NCBI GenBank assembly: GCA_043803945.1
Contig: JAZDJN010000019.1
Coordinates: 1-50,881 of the forward strand
DNA from: a bacterium
Lineage (GTDB): Bacteria > Bacteroidota > Ignavibacteria > UBA10030
Direction of reading: 5' to 3'
Length of the DNA: 50,881 bases
Made by a program: the position numbers and the translations under genes. The notes below the pieces were generated by a model. That model worked only from the letters and a program-made list of their open reading frames with translations, was not told the origin of the DNA and did no database searches. Below, one piece after another: positions 17,958 through 26,544 of this stretch; the first letter of the stretch is position 1; each line of letters opens with the position of its first letter.

Positions 17958-18644
17958 TTATCGACCGGAAGTGTATGAGCATAGTTTCGGCAGGCCGTAC
18001 TGTTTTCTCCATTTCTTTTCAATGAAGTCAAGATACAATGTTTCTGGCTGAGTGATTATATAGTATGCTCTAAATGAATTGGTTCGATGTTTCTGTTCTC
18101 GAATATCGATACCATTTCTGAAGTAGAATATTGCTTGTCCGCTACTGTTGATGAAATTCTTTTCCTGATCAGATAGGTTGAGCTCAACGAGCAATTCCTT
18201 AGATCTGATTGGCGGTAATGGGTCAATGTCGAGGTATGGAACCTTTCCTCTTGTTGAGCAAGCCTTCTTTTTATGAGATCGTGACTTTCCAGGGTAGATG
18301 TCAATACTGATTCCTGACCATCCCGCATCTGCTTCTCCCATGAGGTGGTGCTTTATTCGCAGTCGCACATTGTCCTTTGCTATTCCGTTGTAAATAACTT
18401 CTCCGTTGTCAAATCGCTCGGGTAGCGGATTTTTGTGCAGCCGATGAAGGACTGGTTCATTTGTCCAAAGCCAGTAACAGCCGCCGGACTCTGGAATCTT
18501 GTCAAACTCTGATGGGTTCGATAGGTCGACTAGGTCAACCTCATTGAGCCTTGCGTCGGGGAATCGGACGGCTGCTTCAAGCTCTCTGAACCGCTGCTCT
18601 TCTTGTCTCCAAATAGTCAGAGAGTAATGTTCAACAAGAGGCAT
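17958..18644 (-). CDS. Hypothetical protein with a GIY-YIG-like nuclease signature
   Basis: IPESGGCYWLW...VIYNGIAKDNVRLRIKHHL and a C-terminal FIEKKWRKQYGLPKLC; start overlaps the MTase stop. Confidence 0.65.
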   Translation of the reverse strand: MPLVEHYSLTIWRQEEQRFRELEAAVRFPDARLNEVDLVDLSNPSEFDKIPESGGCYWLWTNEPVLHRLHKNPLPERFDNGEVIYNGIAKDNVRLRIKHHLMGEADAGWSGISIDIYPGKSRSHKKKACSTRGKVPYLDIDPLPPIRSKELLVELNLSDQEKNFINSSGQAIFYFRNGIDIREQKHRTNSFRAYYIITQPETLYLDFIEKKWRKQYGLPKLCSYTSGR

Positions 18645-19935
18645 CTGAGTGGTCAAGGAGTGATTGGAATTTGTGTCGATACTTGTACTCTCGCTTAGAG
18701 TCGATCGAAACGAGTCCGCTCTTGATTAGGTGAGCATTGATAAATGTCTTGTTCTTGAGATAAACGTACGAGAGCAAGTTACCGTCATCATCGTATTTAT
18801 TCTTGTCGAACTTCAGAAAGACTCTCTCACCCTTCGTCTTTCCGATGAGAAACTCCACCGCCATCTGTCGATGTGTCGGCTCTTCAGCAATCCCAATGAG
18901 TCTAATCGTTAGCCCGTTGCTGAGTTTGAGAAGTTCAGGGCTGAGCACTTGTGTGACGTTGTACAGCTCGGTTACTTCTCCATTATCGCCGTTCTCAATC
19001 TTCGAGCCAAACTTCAACTTTCGAGGGTCAACCTTTTTGTCTAACTCGTGCGGGTCAGTAAACTTGTACGGAAGCGATTCTATGTCCTTGTCAATGTTCT
19101 CTAGGGTCAGTTGTTGTGTGACGAAATCGTATGTGGCATCGCCGAATATATCATGCTGGGGAATCTTCAATTTGTTCTTGATAATTGGAATGAATGTCGT
19201 ACTTATTTCATAGCCGATAGAATTCCTGCACAGATTCTTTGCGGCAAGTGATGTCGTTCCGCTTCCAAGGAATGGATCAAGTACAGTATCGCCAACAAAT
19301 GAAAACATTCGAATCAATCTACGGGGAAGTTCTTCGGGAAACATAGCCAGGTGCTTGTCCTGGCGTTCTCCAGCAAAGTTCCAATGTCCAGCAAAGTATG
19401 TGTTCCATTCGTCTGTCGTGAGCTTTGAAAGTTCCTTGATCTCTTTGCTGACTTTCGGTGAGTCGCCTAACTTCTTGAATATCAGAATGAACTCGTAATC
19501 AATCTTCAGGATGCCATTTCTTGGGTAAGGAAAGGACCCCATTATTGATGCGCCGCCAGTGGTGTTGGTGGTTGTTACCTTCTGCCAAATAACGGCACCC
19601 ATATAGTCCATTCCGATGGTTTCACAGAATTTGGTAATCTCTGTCCTGATTGGAATAACCTTATAACGCCCATAATAAACAGACCGTGCAAACTGGTCAC
19701 CTATGTTGATGCAAAGCCGGCACCCTTTATGGAGAATCCGGAAACATTCTTTCCAGACGAGATTAAGGTTGTTGATGTAGTTTTCGTAAGTATCGTGAAA
19801 GCCTATCTGTTTCTCGTCTCCATAATCCTTGAGTTGCCAGTACGGTGGCGATGTGATAACAAGGTGAACGGACTCGTCGGCGATTTCCGTCATCCGTCTT
19901 GAGTCGCCGATTATTATTTTATGATGGGTTGCCAT
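18631..19935 (-). CDS. Beta-class N4/N6 DNA methyltransferase (SPPY, likely m4C) fused to a C-terminal thermonuclease-like domain
   Basis: LVITSPPYW precedes DPFLGSGTT; HLAMFPEELP; C-terminal IRLIGI..., DDDGNLLSYVYL, INAHLIKSGL. Confidence 0.92.
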   Translation of the reverse strand: MATHHKIIIGDSRRMTEIADESVHLVITSPPYWQLKDYGDEKQIGFHDTYENYINNLNLVWKECFRILHKGCRLCINIGDQFARSVYYGRYKVIPIRTEITKFCETIGMDYMGAVIWQKVTTTNTTGGASIMGSFPYPRNGILKIDYEFILIFKKLGDSPKVSKEIKELSKLTTDEWNTYFAGHWNFAGERQDKHLAMFPEELPRRLIRMFSFVGDTVLDPFLGSGTTSLAAKNLCRNSIGYEISTTFIPIIKNKLKIPQHDIFGDATYDFVTQQLTLENIDKDIESLPYKFTDPHELDKKVDPRKLKFGSKIENGDNGEVTELYNVTQVLSPELLKLSNGLTIRLIGIAEEPTHRQMAVEFLIGKTKGERVFLKFDKNKYDDDGNLLSYVYLKNKTFINAHLIKSGLVSIDSKREYKYRHKFQSLLDHSDASC

Positions 19936-20106
19936 ACTTTTATGATAATGTACTGAATTTCAATTACAGTTGATAGTTCCTCCTGATGTCCAGAGAAACG
20001 CCACCATAGCGCATAACGTTTAAGATTTTATCCATGCTTGAGTCAAAAAAATCTTTCTCGCTAAACATTTCACAGGCTCAAGTTCTTGTTTAGCTGCCGT
20101 TTGCAT

Positions 20107-21303
20107 TTACGATCCCCGAAAAATCGTTCCCTCACGCTCGAAAATCCAGGCACAAATTACGAGACTGACGGATGCAACGACGATCAATGACAGATAAACC
20201 TCGGCAAGCAGAATCGGAGTAACGGTATCCGCGATGATTGCTTTCGTTGCAAGCGATACATTCAGAATCGGAATCAACGCTGTGAGCGGATTCAGCGTGA
20301 TTCCGGGCATCAATCCGAGAAACGCAGGAACAATAATAACAATCATCATTGGACTGATGATGGTCTGTGCTTCCTTGTACGACCTGGCATATATCGAAAG
20401 GGATATCAGGATGGCGGCGAAGAACACGGTGAGCGGCAACAGAAGCGAAACAAGTAACAGAATGGATCGCCACTCCAGAATCCCAAGAATCGTCCCGAGC
20501 AACGCGGAGGGAATCTCCCGCACCTGCATAACACCGATATAAAGACCGATCAACGCTATCACAGCCGTCAGTATTCCCGTGAGCACGACAACGCCAAATT
20601 TGCCTACGAGTATTTCCAGCCTGCTCGCCGGCGAGGTGAGAAGTGTTTCGAGTGTGCCCCGTTCTTTTTCTCCCGCGGCAAGATCGATTGCAGGATACGT
20701 GCTTCCAAGGAAACAGAAGATGATGAACAAATAGGGTAGGAATCCGCCAACAATCTCGGCAAGTTTTTCCTTTTCTGAGGCAAGGTTCTCCTCACGAAGG
20801 TGGACTGTTTTGGTTACTGACTCATCGATCTTAAGTGCTTTGAACCGTGCCGACCGCAATGCATCTTCAAACTTGTTGAGGAGTTCGATGACACGTCCTT
20901 TCTCAATATCTTTTCTTTCCGCAGTCTTGTAGTACAGCGTTACGCTTCCCGGACGGAGAGCCGCAATCGATTTGTCAAAATCTCCAGCAAACTCAAGACA
21001 GGCATTTAGACTGTCTTTCTGTATCAGGGAACGAGCTTCGTCAAGCAGGATGCCATCGACGAGTCGAATCCGGCTTTCTTTGAGAAGCATCTGCCTGAAT
21101 TCCTCAGCATTGCCGTTTGTTATCAAAGCGATGTTCAAGACCTTTTCCTGTGCTTCTCGTATCTGGCTCATCATAATCCGCGAAGAGATTCCGATAAGCA
21201 GCGGGAATAGGAGTAATGGGATGAGGATCATGGTGACCAATGTACGTCGGTCTCGAAGCGTATCGGTCAATTCCTTCTTGAAGATTACAAAGACTGTTCT
21301 CAC
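20107..21303 (-). CDS. natB: ABC-2 type Na+ efflux permease, NatB-like
   Basis: KKELTDTLRDRRTL, AIDLAAGEKERGTLETLLTSP, YARSYKEAQ. Confidence 0.85.
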   Translation of the reverse strand: MRTVFVIFKKELTDTLRDRRTLVTMILIPLLLFPLLIGISSRIMMSQIREAQEKVLNIALITNGNAEEFRQMLLKESRIRLVDGILLDEARSLIQKDSLNACLEFAGDFDKSIAALRPGSVTLYYKTAERKDIEKGRVIELLNKFEDALRSARFKALKIDESVTKTVHLREENLASEKEKLAEIVGGFLPYLFIIFCFLGSTYPAIDLAAGEKERGTLETLLTSPASRLEILVGKFGVVVLTGILTAVIALIGLYIGVMQVREIPSALLGTILGILEWRSILLLVSLLLPLTVFFAAILISLSIYARSYKEAQTIISPMMIVIIVPAFLGLMPGITLNPLTALIPILNVSLATKAIIADTVTPILLAEVYLSLIVVASVSLVICAWIFEREGTIFRGS

Positions 21304-22067
21304 GGTTGTGCCTCCCCGACAAGTCGAATGAATTCCTCCTCGATGGATGGAGTTTGCATGGCACCCCGGAAGTCCTCAAACGTGCCGTTGTAGCACAGCC
21401 TGCCGTTATGAATGATGGCGAGGTCGTCGCTTAAAAGGCTCACTTCGCCCATAATGTGTGTGGAAAAGAGAACTGTTTTCCCGGCCTCTTTGCAGCTCCT
21501 GATGAGGTCTATGATATGCCGTGCTGTGATGACATCGAGTCCCACAGTTGGTTCATCGAACACTACTATCTCGGGATCGTGTATCATCGTGCGGGCAATC
21601 GATACTTTCTGGCGCATTCCGGTGGAGAGTTTACCGATGCGACGACGGGCAAATTCGTGAATACCGAGGATGGAAAAAAGTTCGTCTTTCCGTTGTGTGA
21701 AATGATGTTTACTCATGCCATGCAAATCTGCAAAATATTTGACGACTTCTTCCGGGGTCAAGCGCTCGTACAAGCGGGTTGTACCGGTGAGGAATCCGAT
21801 TTTTCTCCGGACTTCGCGCGGTTGAAGCACGACATCGATGCCTCCAACGGCGATCGATCCAGAGGTAGGTTTCAACAACGTGGCAACCATCCGCAGGGTT
21901 GTGGTTTTCCCGGCTCCATTTGGACCAACAAGCGTAAATACCCTCCCGGGTTTGCACGTGAACGTTATACCGGCAACTGCGCTGACAGCATTGCTGTCGG
22001 TTCGCGTTTCTTTACGGTGCTGACGATCAAGTTTGAACGATTTCCAAAGATCATTGACTGCTATCAT
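21300..22067 (-). CDS. natA: ABC transporter ATP-binding protein, NatA-like
   Basis: GPNGAGKTT, LSTGMRQKV, FDEPTVGLD, FSTH; coupled to natB. Confidence 0.85.
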   Translation of the reverse strand: MIAVNDLWKSFKLDRQHRKETRTDSNAVSAVAGITFTCKPGRVFTLVGPNGAGKTTTLRMVATLLKPTSGSIAVGGIDVVLQPREVRRKIGFLTGTTRLYERLTPEEVVKYFADLHGMSKHHFTQRKDELFSILGIHEFARRRIGKLSTGMRQKVSIARTMIHDPEIVVFDEPTVGLDVITARHIIDLIRSCKEAGKTVLFSTHIMGEVSLLSDDLAIIHNGRLCYNGTFEDFRGAMQTPSIEEEFIRLVGEAQP

Positions 22068-22581
22068 AGTACCATTATTTGATATTTAGGTTGTTCTATG
22101 AGATGCCTAATAGCTTCTACAATGGCTTGGATTTCTCGATCATGCTTTTCGGTGTGAAGTTCAAGAAGCTTTAACTTGTCTATAACCTCACTCTGGTCTC
22201 TGAGTACTTCTCGCAGACGTACGAAAGCTTTAATAATAAGTATACTCATCCGTACGGCACGGTCGCTCTTCAAAACCGTAGCCAGTGCCGCTCCCATTAA
22301 CTAATATTTTATTTTAGGTAACGATTGTGCAAATGGGAGCGGGCACTACTGCCTTCTTGAATAGGCTAAAAACATTTCACAATATTTCTTTTTAGGAGTG
22401 GCACTAGCATTGCTACCCCATGTTCTGAAAATGCATATGGCAATGTAGCGCGGTGCTTCAAGGATTCGAACCGGTGCCAATTTGTCACCAGTTCTTCTTT
22501 TTCTTCTTTCGTCAATTGAAACATGAATTCAACTGGAAACCGTTCACTGTTTCGTTTGACTTGTCTAATGAAATCGGGATC
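22064..22581 (-). pseudogene. ORF6N-domain DNA-binding protein, 5'-truncated and interrupted by a 122-bp insertion
   Basis: RQVKRNSERFPVEFMFQLT...PYAFSEHGVAML joins ATVLKSDRAV in frame once 22284-22405 is removed; the N-terminal IRG.KV.LD segment is missing. Confidence 0.85.
22284..22405. mobile_element. 122-bp MITE-like insertion made of two adjacent ~60-bp inverted-repeat units
   Basis: Ends agtgccgctccc / aggagtggcact; an internal second right end, aatgggagcgggcact, finishes at 22347. Confidence 0.8.
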
Positions 22582-22735
22582 TCTCTCGGTATGCATCATC
22601 CAACCCTTTTCCCCTCTGTTACTCTTCACGATGCCGATAAATGGTACCTGAAATCAAAACGATTGTCAAGCGCCATAAAAATTCAAAAAGGAAAAATCAA
22701 ATATCAAAACGAGAGATGAAAATGGAAAATGGAAG
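22582..22735. repeat. 154-bp direct repeat, copy 1; contains a minus-strand TTGACA-17-TACCAT promoter at 22641-22669
   Basis: Near-identical to 23425-23578 (offset 843). Confidence 0.95.
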
Positions 22736-22754
22736 TACCTCTATTGCTTCATTT

Positions 22755-23351
22755 TCATTGCTTTGTTTTTTTCCCAGGTGCGTACATAACCTTCGGCTCT
22801 TCAAGCTTAAATCCAATTCCGCGTTTTGGTTTATCTTGCACACTGTCGGGAGCAGCTATTAATTGCCGGATTGCATCTCAGCCATAGGCTGATGCGCCTC
22901 CGGTGCAGAATACGACCCTGAATTGCTGATCATATTTCTTTTCCATTTCTTCCAGTTTTCGGGCAAGGTCTTTGCGTGTAGCAAGGATCTCTCGAAGCGC
23001 CACAAACGCACGCATAATCTGTATGTTCACGTGAACGGCACGATTGCTATTCAAGACGCTGGAGAGCATCGCTACACCTAACTCTGTAAAAGCGTAGGGG
23101 GGCTTCCGTGTGCCGCCCCATCTTGATATTCCAGATTGGAATATCAAGTTGTCGAACTCTTCGCGGGTCAGTTGAAACATAAAATCTGGAGGAAACCGAT
23201 CAATGTTCCTCTTTACTGCCTTGTTGAGATTGAACGTCTCTACGTCGTACATTTCCGCAAGATCCCTATCAAGAATAACTTTTAGCCCTCTTATGAGAAG
23301 GATGGATCGTTCAATTCGTTTATGCGGAACCAGTGAATCGTGGTTTGTCAT
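22755..23351 (-). pseudogene. ORF6N-domain protein with a premature TGA from a 30-bp in-frame insertion (open ORF 22878-23351)
   Basis: [20 protein letters not shown]...[15 protein letters not shown]...[16 protein letters not shown]; after the insertion the frame continues DAIRQLIAAP...KRGIGF to a stop at 22755. Confidence 0.85.
22878..22907. mobile_element. 30-bp insertion made of two 15-bp palindromes
   Basis: tcagccataggctga + tgcgcctccggtgca; removing it restores FRVVF-DAIRQL. Confidence 0.85.
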
Positions 23352-23424
23352 TTTCCGTGCTGGTACGCAATTCGTTTTGTGTTGTTACTCACTGAAGTTT
23401 TTTTCGGTTGCGAAGGTGTTACCT

Positions 23425-23578
23425 TCTCTCGGTATGCATTATCCAACCCTTTTCCCCTCTGTGACTCTTCACGATGCCGATAAATGGTACCTGAAATCAA
23501 AACGATTGTCAAGCACCGTAATAAATCAAAAAGGAAAAATCAAATATCAAAATGAGAGATGAAAATGTAAAATGGAAG
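23425..23578. repeat. 154-bp direct repeat, copy 2; promoter at 23484-23512 on the minus strand
   Basis: Near-identical to 22582-22735. Confidence 0.95.
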
Positions 23579-23607
23579 CATCTCTTACATACACCCGTTC
23601 CTGCGCC

Positions 23608-23750
23608 CCCATTCTCTTCACCTCCCACTCTCCTCGTCTCCCATTCTTGCACTCTCACTCTCTATCAATCGTAAATCGACAATCGGCAATCGCAAATGGA
23701 ATATTCCGAATTTCCCATCCCTCGTCAGGCTCGGGATGAATTCCGAATTT
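23608..23750. repeat. Mosaic of 8-nt and 7-nt-period repeats with an embedded palindrome
   Basis: cccattct/cccactct/cctcgtct; aatcgta aatcgac aatcggc aatcgca; catccctcgtcaggctcgggatg between attccgaattt copies. Confidence 0.75.
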
Positions 23751-24991
23751 TATTCATACCGCAGGGATTCGACAGGATCGACACTGGCGGCTTTGCGGGC
23801 CGGAAAGAACCCAGCAACAAGCCCGATTGCTCCAAGGATACCAACCGTCATGAAAAGTGTTGTCGAGGAAAGAATAGGGCGTCCAAGAAATTGCATCGCA
23901 CCCTCTTCTGCAGGGAGCATCCAGAAGAGCGAGACTACACCATAGGAAAAGAGTATACCGATACCCCCGCCGATGAACGCAAGGAGGAGTGCTTCGAAAA
24001 TAATTTGCATCAGAATGTAACGGCGGCGCGCGCCAACAGCCATTTTGATTCCAATCTCACGCGTCCGCTCCTTGACAACCACATACATTACGTTGGCAAC
24101 ACCGACACCGGCAATCAATAATGTCAACGAACCAATGGCAAAGAGGAAGATACTCACACCAAGGCCGATTTTCTTTCCGATCTTTTCAGCTTCAATGAAA
24201 TCCCAAATGCGTAGTGCCCGCTCGTCGGCTGCATCGAATTTATATTTTCGCCCCAGCGTTTCATAGAGAGCAGTTTTGATTTCCTTTTGCCGCGTCGGAT
24301 CGGAAGGGCGGACCACAATGGAATTGACATACTCATTGCCGTATGTGGTACGGAATGTGGTATAGGGAATGATAGCACGCCGGGTATCGGGACCGTTATT
24401 CATTGCCGTTTGGACTTTTTTCTGAAGTGTGCCCACAACCGTGGTTGGTATTCCATCCACCAACAGGGTTTTCCCGACAGGGTATTCCTCTTTGAAAATA
24501 TCTTCCGCAATAGCCGATCCCAGCACGATCACCCGTCGCTGAGATTCAAGATCGGTCTGGTTGAGAAACCTTCCACCGGCGGTCGGGAACATCCGCCGCA
24601 TTTCCTCAAAGCCCGGATTTACCCCTTCGCACTCGGTAGTGATCATGAACTTTCCGTAGGCGAGCGTCACGTTGCGCCGATATTGCGGGGAGATCAAATC
24701 GATACCCGTTGTGCTCTGCCGGATCAAATCGATGTCATCCTCTACCATTCTGATGCGCCTGCCTTTGGGTAATCCCTGATAGACGATTCCGGTTTCTCCT
24801 CCAGAGAGGATGAGAATCCGATCGCCGGCATTCATCATTCCTTTGTTCATCTGATTGCCAAGCCCTTCACCGAACGAGAGTAAGAGAACGACAGCAATGG
24901 TTCCCCAGGTAATGGCAACGAGTGTCAGTATGGCGCGTGTCCGGTGGGCTTTGAGGTCCTGAAAAAATTCTCTGAGTAATTCGAAATACAT
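23750..24991 (-). CDS. MacB/FtsX-family ABC transporter permease
   Basis: GRFLNQTD, GVANVMYVVVKERTREIGIKMAVGA, PARKAASVDPVESLRYE. Confidence 0.95.
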   Translation of the reverse strand: MYFELLREFFQDLKAHRTRAILTLVAITWGTIAVVLLLSFGEGLGNQMNKGMMNAGDRILILSGGETGIVYQGLPKGRRIRMVEDDIDLIRQSTTGIDLISPQYRRNVTLAYGKFMITTECEGVNPGFEEMRRMFPTAGGRFLNQTDLESQRRVIVLGSAIAEDIFKEEYPVGKTLLVDGIPTTVVGTLQKKVQTAMNNGPDTRRAIIPYTTFRTTYGNEYVNSIVVRPSDPTRQKEIKTALYETLGRKYKFDAADERALRIWDFIEAEKIGKKIGLGVSIFLFAIGSLTLLIAGVGVANVMYVVVKERTREIGIKMAVGARRRYILMQIIFEALLLAFIGGGIGILFSYGVVSLFWMLPAEEGAMQFLGRPILSSTTLFMTVGILGAIGLVAGFFPARKAASVDPVESLRYE

Positions 24992-25070
24992 TGGTACTAG
25001 TCTCTTATCGGTTAGTGAATATCGCGCTATAGCCAGTGATAAAGATTGAATCCCTTTGATTCAACATCTG

Positions 25071-25222
25071 AACCGCCAAGTGCGCCCCAGCCCGCCATGC
25101 GGTCTGGCGGGAAGAATATTCTTATTTGATCGTTTTTCATAATGATCTAAAAATCTACCACAATTAAATCTTGGCGTTTTGCCTGCCTGCGTGTCCGCCG
25201 CGGCGGACGGGCAGGGCGGTTT
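25071..25222. repeat. Intergenic hairpin repeat with both arms interrupted by GC-rich palindromic insertions
   Basis: aaccgccaagtgcgcc[25087-25111]aag ... cttggcgttttg[25182-25215]gcggttt. Confidence 0.75.
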
Positions 25223-25242
25223 CTCATTCCTAAAAGGGGGTG

Positions 25243-26475
25243 TCACGTCCGTAAGCATTCCACCACATCGAGATTTGCCGCACGTCGTGCAGGCATCAAT
25301 CCGGCAGCAAGCCCTACGAACATGAGCACTGTGATTGTTGCCACGGCAACTTCCCAGGAGAGCTCCGGAGTTCCGACATATTCTTTAATCGGCATCAGTC
25401 CGAGCACAAGAATAATTCCATACGCAATCAGAAAGCCGATGCTGGATCCGAGGATGACGATAAAGAATGTCTCGGAAAAGAACTGCAGCAAAATGTTTGA
25501 GCGCTTTGCCCCGACTGCACGCTTAACGCCAATTTCTTTGATACGTTCCTGGACGATGATGAACATAATATTCGCGACGCCGACACCGGCAACGCCGAGG
25601 GTAAAACTCCCGATCGTGCCAAGGAAAATATTAATGGCAAGGAAGAGGTAGAACGAAAACCGGTCAAATTCAGTCGTGTCCCAGATCCAAACAGCGTCTT
25701 CATCGTTGGGATCGAACTTGTAGCGTTTACTGAGAGCTGCGCGAACATCTTTTTCCGTTTGCTCCCCGAGACGCGGATCGGAGACCTGGTAGATAATGTT
25801 TGTGAGTTTGTTAACACCGTACATCGACGTAAAGGTTGTTGATGGTATGAAGATGCGGTCCTGGTCGCGTGAATTGTACGAGGAAGGCTGCACCTTCTCC
25901 TGCATCACACCGATAATCGTGAAGGGAACAGACCCAATATAAACGATCTTCCCGATAGCATCGCTTTCACCGAACAGAAACTCATTCACCTTATTTCCGA
26001 TGACCGCAACCCGGCGCCGCTGCTGGATATCGAGGTCATTGATAAACCGTCCGCCGGCTTTCGGAATGATGTTCCGCATATCGCCATAGTTTGGGATAAT
26101 GCCCGTTACAAGTGGGTTGAGAATATTCTCGCCCACGCGGGCAACAGTACGACGCGAATACTCAGGGCTGATAGAAGAGAGATTAGAGACCTGCGAGGTG
26201 ATCACCTTGATATCGTCTTCGATAAAGGACATGAATCGACCAGTGCCATATCCAGCGAATGCTTTGGTTGTCTTGCCCGGCCAGACGATGGCAATGCGTT
26301 CTCCGAGGCCATGCATGTTTGCCGAAGTCTGCTTCTTGAATCCCACACCGAATGCAACCAGCACAATGATGGCAACCGTTCCCCAGATGATGCCGAACAT
26401 TGTCAGAAACGCTCGCAGCTTCTGCGCACGAAGGTCAGCAAGAAATTCAGAGACGATTGTTCTAAACTTATCCAT
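25243..26475 (-). CDS. MacB/FtsX-family ABC transporter permease
   Basis: FLTMFGIIWG, GVANIMFIIVQERIKEIGVKRAVGA, PARRAANLD. Confidence 0.95.
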   Translation of the reverse strand: MDKFRTIVSEFLADLRAQKLRAFLTMFGIIWGTVAIIVLVAFGVGFKKQTSANMHGLGERIAIVWPGKTTKAFAGYGTGRFMSFIEDDIKVITSQVSNLSSISPEYSRRTVARVGENILNPLVTGIIPNYGDMRNIIPKAGGRFINDLDIQQRRRVAVIGNKVNEFLFGESDAIGKIVYIGSVPFTIIGVMQEKVQPSSYNSRDQDRIFIPSTTFTSMYGVNKLTNIIYQVSDPRLGEQTEKDVRAALSKRYKFDPNDEDAVWIWDTTEFDRFSFYLFLAINIFLGTIGSFTLGVAGVGVANIMFIIVQERIKEIGVKRAVGAKRSNILLQFFSETFFIVILGSSIGFLIAYGIILVLGLMPIKEYVGTPELSWEVAVATITVLMFVGLAAGLMPARRAANLDVVECLRT

Positions 26476-26544
26476 ACTACGGGACCTGAGTGTAACCAGT
26501 ACTGCCTTAAATGGTTGGGTTCTTTTATCTCATCACACTATTCG

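Noticed and set aside
17260-20030. Integron cassette (attC) origin for the RM island
   Set aside because: A GTTATGC-like core at about 20010-20017 and TAAC motifs at about 17940-17960 exist, but I could not build paired R/L boxes and there is no integrase.
22878-22880. Selenocysteine or genetic-code reassignment of TGA
   Set aside because: TGA ends many ordinary genes here (natA, ptsI, rarA), and this codon belongs to the inserted palindrome.
22064-23351. Prophage inferred from the ORF6N genes
   Set aside because: There are no integrase, structural or replication genes nearby; the flanks are ABC transporter genes.
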